Below, piece by piece: positions 58,535 through 64,000 of a stretch of DNA of 64,000 bases. Position 1 is the first letter of the stretch. Each line of letters opens with the position of its first letter. Location: assembly GCA_002422025.1 (NCBI GenBank), contig DISV01000004.1, positions 102,578 through 166,577 on the forward strand, in the 5' to 3' direction. The notes below the pieces were generated by a model. That model saw only the letters and a program-made list of their open reading frames with translations, was not told the DNA's origin and did no database searches. Both the position numbers and the translations under genes were made by a program. The DNA comes from Patescibacteria group bacterium UBA6201. GTDB lineage: Bacteria > Patescibacteriota > Minisyncoccia > Phycocordibacterales > UBA918.

Positions 58535-58852
58535 TTATTTTAATTCGACGGTTATGTGGCTAGAACGACGATTGATTGGGGACGCAGAACCACGAGCACG
58601 AGGCATAAAACGGGTCATAACTGTTCCCTTGTCTACCGCAACCTTGGCAATCTTCAAATTCTCAGCCGTACGACCAGTGCTCTTGGCATTAGCTACAGCA
58701 GAATTGATTACCTTAATGAAAGGCCCTGAAGCTTTCTTGTCCACGAAGGCCAAGTGCTTAAGCGCGTCATTAACCTTCTTGCCACGTACGAGGTCAGCGA
58801 GCAGGCGCACTTTGCGTGGTGATTGGCGGTAATTTTTAAGGATTGCTTTCAT
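58535..58852 (-). CDS. rplV: 50S ribosomal protein uL22
   Basis: 105 aa. Confidence 0.9.
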   Translation of the reverse strand: MKAILKNYRQSPRKVRLLADLVRGKKVNDALKHLAFVDKKASGPFIKVINSAVANAKSTGRTAENLKIAKVAVDKGTVMTRFMPRARGSASPINRRSSHITVELK

Positions 58853-58858
58853 ATAAAA

Positions 58859-59197
58859 CTATTTCTTAGCGTCAGGTGACTTAGCGGCCTTAGCAGAAGC
58901 AATTTCTGCCTCCTTCTTCTTAGTATCTAGCTCCTTCTGCATTTTACCTCCATGACGAAGGAATTTGGTGGTCGGAGAAAACTCACCGAGACAGTGGCCT
59001 ACCATTTCCTCAGAGACCATTACTTCGATGTGACTCTTGCCGTTGTGCACACCAAAAGTGAAGCCCACCATTTCTGGTGAAATCGTCGCATCGCGAGACC
59101 AGGTCTTAATGACGCCGGCTTGGTCTGGCTTCTTTCCGGCAATCTTCTTCAGAAGACGCTCGTCTAGATATGGACCCTTATATAGTGATCGTGACAT
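58859..59197 (-). CDS. rpsS: 30S ribosomal protein uS19 (Lys/Ala-rich C-terminal tail)
   Basis: 112 aa. Confidence 0.9.
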   Translation of the reverse strand: MSRSLYKGPYLDERLLKKIAGKKPDQAGVIKTWSRDATISPEMVGFTFGVHNGKSHIEVMVSEEMVGHCLGEFSPTTKFLRHGGKMQKELDTKKKEAEIASAKAAKSPDAKK

Positions 59198-59596
59198 ATA
59201 GATAAAACGCTAAGGCTGGTCTGAAATAAGGAAGTTTGTTTAAAATCAATGAGATGCAAGGCGGATGAGGAAAATAATGCGAGGTGAACTTAACGTTCAG
59301 AGAGCTTTATTTTCCGAAATCCAACGCAGCAGATCGTGATTTTAAACTGACTTCTAAGTCAGAAGCCCGTGTGGAAGAAGGTAACGGCCTACCCCACACG
59401 AGTTCCCGACAAGTAGTGATGAACCTGTGCCGACCCGCCCTGCCAGGGGCTTTCGGGCATCAGTTCGGAACGGGGGCTATAGTACGGGATTGTGTATAAA
59501 AAGTCAACAACCTACTAACCAACGGCCTACAACTTTTCGATTGCCAGCATGATATCTTTATAACAGACAGAATAGATGCCAACAGAGGAGCGAAAA

Positions 59597-59815
59597 ATGG
59601 CACCAAAAACAAAACGTCTGAGCTTGGACAAAAAGTGTAAGATTACCCAACAACTGAGCGCACCCAGAAGCAGTGTCAGACAACTGGCCGATTGGCATCG
59701 TCGCGACGGTGAAGGTCCCGTTCCTGAAGTGGTAAAAAAGGCGGTGGAACGATACCGCACGATTTCACCTGAAATCAGGACAAAAGGCAGGCTCATAATC
59801 AGCCGACATAAAGAC
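59597..59815 (+). CDS. Hypothetical 72-aa HTH-like protein (transposase N-terminal-like) inserted between rpsS and rplB
   Basis: SD agaGGAGcgaaaaATG; MAPKTKRLSLDKKCKITQQLSAPRSSVRQLADWHRR...; hairpin terminator at 59840-59873. Confidence 0.4.
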
Positions 59816-59884
59816 TAGCCAGTAGATTGGCCCACAACGCAAAGCGCCGGACAATTTGTCCGGCGCTTTATACGTTGTATTTAC

Positions 59885-60017
59885 AAGAAACTTAAAACTT
59901 TCTAAATGAGATGAAGTTGCGTTTGCTGGAGGGAGGAGCTGCGAGCGAGCCGTATTTAACATACGGTGACGAGCAGTCCGACTGAAGCAAATGCAAATTC
60001 GCTCATTTAGGAATGTT
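59885..60017. repeat. Dispersed repeat (Q family) upstream of rplB
   Basis: gagatgaagttgcgtttgctggagggagg...gagccgtatttaacatacggtgacgag...cgactgaagcaaatgcaaattcgc. Confidence 0.55.
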
Positions 60018-60881
60018 TTACTTCTTGGAGGTCATTCGTGGTCCTAACTTTCGTCTCTTAACAATAAACTTGTTAGACTGCTTCTTTGGACGACGAGTCT
60101 TCTGACCCTTACCGGTCGGACGACCCTGAGCCGTACGAGAACGCTTGTGTCCACGTGGCTGCACACCTTCTCCACCTCCGTGTGGGTGGTCTACGGCGTT
60201 TTTAGCAGTACCACGAGTCTTAGGACGAAGTCCCATATGACGAGCGCGTCCAGCCTTACCAATGTTCACTAGACGATTCTCTTCGTTTGAAACTTCACCA
60301 ATGGAAGCCCAAGCGGTAGAGATAATCTTGCGAATTTCAGTTGAAGGTAGACGAACCTGTGTGTAACCTGCATCCTGCGCTACTACTTCAGCGTAGTTAC
60401 CAGCAGAACGAGCGATACGAGCTCCGGCTCCTGGTTTTAATTCCACTGCGTACACAAAGGTACCAACTGGAATCTTAGCCAAAGGAAGACGGTTACCTAG
60501 AGTTGGGCGAGCGTCGGCAGAGACAATGAAACTGTCTCCTACTTGCATACGCTGAGGCACTAGGATGTAACGGCGTTCACCGTCGGCGTAAAGTGCCAAG
60601 GCGATGAAACCGGTTCGGTACGGATCGTACTCAATAGTTTCAATCCGAGCTGGAATTCCCTGCTTGTTGAAACGGAAATCGATTTCGCGATACTTACGCT
60701 TATTACCATTACCACGGTACCAAACGGTAGTACGTCCTTGACTGTTACGACCACCGGTTCCACTGCGACCTTTTACCAAAGCCTTGTGCGGAGTACTAGA
60801 AGTCGAAGACAATTTCTTCTTGTATTCGATGACGGTCATCCCGCGACGACCTGGTGATGTTGGTTTGTGTTTTTTCATAAT
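60018..60881 (-). CDS. rplB: 50S ribosomal protein uL2
   Basis: Start taken at MKKHKPTSPGRRGMT. Confidence 0.9.
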   Translation of the reverse strand: MMKKHKPTSPGRRGMTVIEYKKKLSSTSSTPHKALVKGRSGTGGRNSQGRTTVWYRGNGNKRKYREIDFRFNKQGIPARIETIEYDPYRTGFIALALYADGERRYILVPQRMQVGDSFIVSADARPTLGNRLPLAKIPVGTFVYAVELKPGAGARIARSAGNYAEVVAQDAGYTQVRLPSTEIRKIISTAWASIGEVSNEENRLVNIGKAGRARHMGLRPKTRGTAKNAVDHPHGGGEGVQPRGHKRSRTAQGRPTGKGQKTRRPKKQSNKFIVKRRKLGPRMTSKK

Positions 60882-61006
60882 TTTTTGCTGGAACTTTGTC
60901 TCTAGCTCTTGGCACTTGGTTTTGTAAACCACTAAGTGCTAAGTACTATGAGCCAAGGGCCATTTGTTACTTTGCAGGTACTGAGTACCTATTCGTGTAA
61001 TAAAGT

Positions 61007-61366
61007 TTAGATGAGAGAGATAGAATCCCCTTTCTTCAAATAAACGTAAGCTTTTTTCATTCCGTGCTGTGTCATCACTCTACCTTTTGACCTCGACTTG
61101 AACTGCCGTGGAGTTTTGTTGACGATGTTTATTCTCACCGGCGTCACGCCATAGAAGGTTTTAACGGCCTCACGGACATCGAACTTCGTTGCAGAACGAG
61201 CTACTTCAAATGAGTAGATATTCCTTTCGCTCATCTTCATCGCCTTTTCAGTGATGCGAGGAGATCGAAGTACGAAAGAGAGGTCGCGAGAGACATCAGC
61301 ACCGTTGGTGCTAACGGCTTTCTTTTCTTTCTTAGTGGCGGTTTTTTTCTGACTAAAGAGTGCCAT
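61007..61366 (-). CDS. rplW: 50S ribosomal protein uL23
   Basis: 119 aa. Confidence 0.9.
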   Translation of the reverse strand: MALFSQKKTATKKEKKAVSTNGADVSRDLSFVLRSPRITEKAMKMSERNIYSFEVARSATKFDVREAVKTFYGVTPVRINIVNKTPRQFKSRSKGRVMTQHGMKKAYVYLKKGDSISLI

Positions 61367-61385
61367 ATTAATTAGGTTATAGGTT

Positions 61386-62051
61386 CTAGCTCGTTACGCG
61401 CTTTTCCAAAGTCTCAAGAGAGGCTTTTGGCTCAGCCACAATAACGTACTTATAAGTTAGAAGATCAACTGGGTTGATATCCTTAGCCATCACAACCTCT
61501 AGATTTCCAAAGTTTCGGAAACTCTTCTCAGTTGCAATGTCACGAGCCGCCAATACTACTACTGCAGTATTCTTGCGCTTCGTTACCAACTCCTTCTGGT
61601 CAATAGCGGTAGCCAAAGACTTAAGGATGTTCTTAGCTTCCTCGGCCTTTGGCTCAGCAAATACTAATGAATCAACAAAGATGACTTCGCCGTCTTGGTA
61701 CTTACGAGTCAAAGTGACTGCAAGTGCCTTCGCGCGAACCTTCTTGTTAATCTTGCGAGTATAGTCTTTCTCAGAGATTGGACCGTGGGCCACACCTCCT
61801 CCCGACCAAATCGGAGAGCGGCGAGAACCATGACGCGCGCGTCCGGTACCCTTCTGCTTCCAAGGCTTTCGCCCTCCTCCACGTACTTCACCACGATCCT
61901 TGGTGTCGGCAGTACCAGCACGAGCATTACCCTGCATCGCTACTACTACTTCGTGTACCAAGTCAGCGTTCCAAGCGACGTTGAAAAGAGACTCCGGTAG
62001 AGTAATTTCTGAAGCCTTGCCACCATCTTGTTTATATATTTGTGCTTTCAT
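61386..62051 (-). CDS. rplD: 50S ribosomal protein uL4
   Basis: 221 aa. Confidence 0.9.
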   Translation of the reverse strand: MKAQIYKQDGGKASEITLPESLFNVAWNADLVHEVVVAMQGNARAGTADTKDRGEVRGGGRKPWKQKGTGRARHGSRRSPIWSGGGVAHGPISEKDYTRKINKKVRAKALAVTLTRKYQDGEVIFVDSLVFAEPKAEEAKNILKSLATAIDQKELVTKRKNTAVVVLAARDIATEKSFRNFGNLEVVMAKDINPVDLLTYKYVIVAEPKASLETLEKRVTS

Positions 62052-62077
62052 ATTTTTATACTTAATTTAAGTTTTAA

Positions 62078-62198
62078 AAATTGGATGCAGTTGTGTTTGT
62101 TGGAAGAATTTTTATGAGGAAGGTGTAGTAAACCTACGACGACCGAGTAAAAATTCTGAAACGAATGCAAATGCGCCAATTTATTTAACTTAAAAAGA
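62078..62198. repeat. Dispersed repeat (Q family) between rplC and rplD
   Basis: aaaaattggatgcagttgtg...gtgtagtaaacctacgacgaccgagtaaaaattctgaaacgaatgcaaatgcgcc. Confidence 0.55.
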
Positions 62199-62828
62199 TT
62201 AGGCAGCAGCTCTTACCTCTACTAGAGTCCCCTTTCGACCAGGGATTGCTCCCTTTACGAGGATTGTATTCTCTTCAGCGTTTACCTGAACGATTTTAAG
62301 GTTCTTAACCGTTATACGGTCAGAGCCCATACGTCCAGCCATACGCATACCCTTGATAACACGTCCTCCATCACGTCCTCCACCTCCAATAGAACCTGGA
62401 GCGCGGAGTGAGTGCTTACGTCCGTGAGAGGCCATGTCTCCAGCAAAACCGTGACGCTTGACCACACCCTGAAAGCCCTTACCCTTTGAGATGGCTGACA
62501 CAGTAACAGTGTCACCTGGAGCAAAAACTGAAGAATCAATTGTTGCACCTACCTCTACTCCATCAAGTTTTTCTCCTTGTGAAGCACGGGCACGAAACTC
62601 CTTCACGTAGCGCTTAGCGCCACCTTGGTGACCAAGATCAGCCTTACCAAGACGTGATTCCTTTTGCTCACCACCTGCTACTTGTACAGCGTCGTAACCA
62701 TCTTTCTCAGACGATTTCACAGCCGTTACAACCAGTGGAGTGACCCGAAGGATGGTCACAGGGAAACAAGTTCCCTTTTCATCAAAGACTTGAGTCATCT
62801 TGTCTTTAGTGCCTAAAATGAATTTCAT
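62199..62828 (-). CDS. rplC: 50S ribosomal protein uL3
   Basis: 209 aa; no rpsJ ORF in the 309-bp upstream spacer. Confidence 0.9.
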   Translation of the reverse strand: MKFILGTKDKMTQVFDEKGTCFPVTILRVTPLVVTAVKSSEKDGYDAVQVAGGEQKESRLGKADLGHQGGAKRYVKEFRARASQGEKLDGVEVGATIDSSVFAPGDTVTVSAISKGKGFQGVVKRHGFAGDMASHGRKHSLRAPGSIGGGGRDGGRVIKGMRMAGRMGSDRITVKNLKIVQVNAEENTILVKGAIPGRKGTLVEVRAAA

Positions 62829-63137
62829 TCAATCAGGGCAGGGCTCCAAAATTAGCGAATTTCTTCGTTATGCTTCACAAATTGACACTCACTGGACTAA
62901 TTGTTGTCCCACTCGTGACAATTTGCTCACACATCTCGAACTTCATCCAATTTTAAATCCCTGCAATTTAGTTAATAAATGTCTCTGACCAGAAACGGGT
63001 AATAAAAAACACGTTCCAGGACACAGCCACGAAACGCGGATAGTGCCCATTGGTTCTCAAGGATGCAAGCATCCCGTCATCGAACTTAGGTCTTGAAGAC
63101 CGCTGTACTATATCGCTTATTAGCAAAAAAGCAAGGG

Positions 63138-64000
63138 TTAGGTGTCTGTACTAAACCGTACATAAATCCCAGTGGGGACTATACGCTTTGAGGATACTTC
63201 TTGAATACTAAGTGAGCCAAAAGTGCCTGAAACCTTATCAAAAACACTTTCTACTGCTTGAGCAAAGGATTCGGAAGCAAAGCCAGCGGCATAACCAGAG
63301 AGCACCACGAATGAACCAGGTTTTTCAGAGAGAATCTCTTTAAGGTTTTTAAGGAGTGGAACTAAGTCTTCTTCGATGTGCCAGACCTGGCCCTTAGCAC
63401 CGCGACCAAAGGCCGGTGGGTCTAGGATAATGCCGTCGTACTTTGCCCCACGTCGTACTTCACGCTTTACGAAAGCGGCAGCATCGTCCACAATCCAACG
63501 AACGGAGTCATTAGCCAATTCGCTCGCCTTAGCGTTTTCACTCGCCCACTCCATCGACTGCTTAGAGGAATCAACATGGGTCACTTTGGCTCCAGCCTTG
63601 GCTACGGCGAGTGTGGCGGCACCAGTGTAGCCGAAAAGATTAAGAACACTTGGCGACTCATTTCCCTTCTTCATACCCTTAACCTTTTCCATTATCCAAG
63701 ACCACTGACTAGCGTGTTCAGGGAAAAGCCCAACATGCTTAAAGGAGGTGAAGTGAAGTTTGAAAGTAAGGTCTTCAAAGACTACCTGCCAATCAACCGG
63801 AGTGTCATCGTGAAGAGTCCACTTCCCATCCTTTGTTTCAGAGGTAAATTTAGCTTGTGCCTGTGACCACAATTCAGGCTTGAGCGGGGACCAAATAGCT
63901 TGCGTGTCTGGTCTGTCGGTGATGATTTTACCAAAGCGCTCGAGCTTCCGCCCATTTCCTGAATCAATCAGTTCGTAGTCAGGCCAAGATTTAGTTGTGA
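63138..64000 (-). CDS. Class I SAM-dependent rRNA methyltransferase (RlmI/COG1092-like), 5' end beyond the window
   Basis: GYTGAATLAVAKAGAKVTHVDSS (SAM motif I) and ILDPPAF (motif IV); the frame stays open upstream of the listed TTG start through to the window edge. Confidence 0.65.
   Translation of the reverse strand, partial: TTKSWPDYELIDSGNGRKLERFGKIITDRPDTQAIWSPLKPELWSQAQAKFTSETKDGKWTLHDDTPVDWQVVFEDLTFKLHFTSFKHVGLFPEHASQWSWIMEKVKGMKKGNESPSVLNLFGYTGAATLAVAKAGAKVTHVDSSKQSMEWASENAKASELANDSVRWIVDDAAAFVKREVRRGAKYDGIILDPPAFGRGAKGQVWHIEEDLVPLLKNLKEILSEKPGSFVVLSGYAAGFASESFAQAVESVFDKVSGTFGSLSIQEVSSKRIVPTGIYVRFSTDT

Noticed and set aside
59284-59520. GC-rich structured segment as SRP RNA (ffs) or RNase P RNA
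   Set aside because: Only loose resemblance to the helix-8 GGAA/AGCAGCC motifs; no convincing conserved core found by eye. Left as a possible ncRNA only.
52600-62000. Numerous 60-170 aa ORFs antisense to or overlapping ribosomal protein, secY and pil genes
   Set aside because: Each is fully contained in a well-supported conserved gene on the other strand or frame.

Overview
The window reads like a small, AT-rich (about 43-45% GC) streamlined bacterial genome, probably CPR/Patescibacteria-like. RF2 is present and TGA/TAA/TAG are all used as stops, so the standard code (11) applies. Almost everything is on the minus strand, in this order: ftsX (partial) and ftsE, then prfB with no programmed frameshift. 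Next come two tRNA-Thr, a tRNA cluster (Asp, Met, fMet) full of partial self-copies, and a membrane HEPN/DUF4145 protein. gatA/gatC and ligA follow. Then comes a complete type IV pilus locus: four pseudopilins, pilD, two tandem pilA paralogs, pilC, pilT, a CheY-like regulator, pilB and pilMNO(P), followed by comF. After that are gdh, a SWIB-domain gene, a truncated ABC-permease remnant beside two membrane proteins, two type-II (Ser-like) tRNAs, malic enzyme, recG, an FNR-like reductase, tRNA-Ile(UAU), ftsH and smpB-ssrA (tmRNA). Directly downstream of ssrA lies a roughly 5 kb accessory island of single-gene cassettes, each with its own promoter-like module, terminator and a degenerate copy of the tmRNA 3' end; the cargo is an NlpC/P60-like protein, an HD phosphohydrolase, a frameshifted VOC gene, an unknown 266-aa protein, a small peptide, an NT5C deoxyribonucleotidase and a SET-domain protein. 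The window finishes with infC-rpmI-rplT, an RNase J-like gene, ndk, map, two adk paralogs, secY and the spc/S10 ribosomal block (L15 through L3; no L30, and no S10 upstream of L3), then a partial RlmI-like methyltransferase. A dispersed intergenic repeat family occurs at about 11 sites, several of them inside the ribosomal operons. No rRNA genes or CRISPR arrays were seen.
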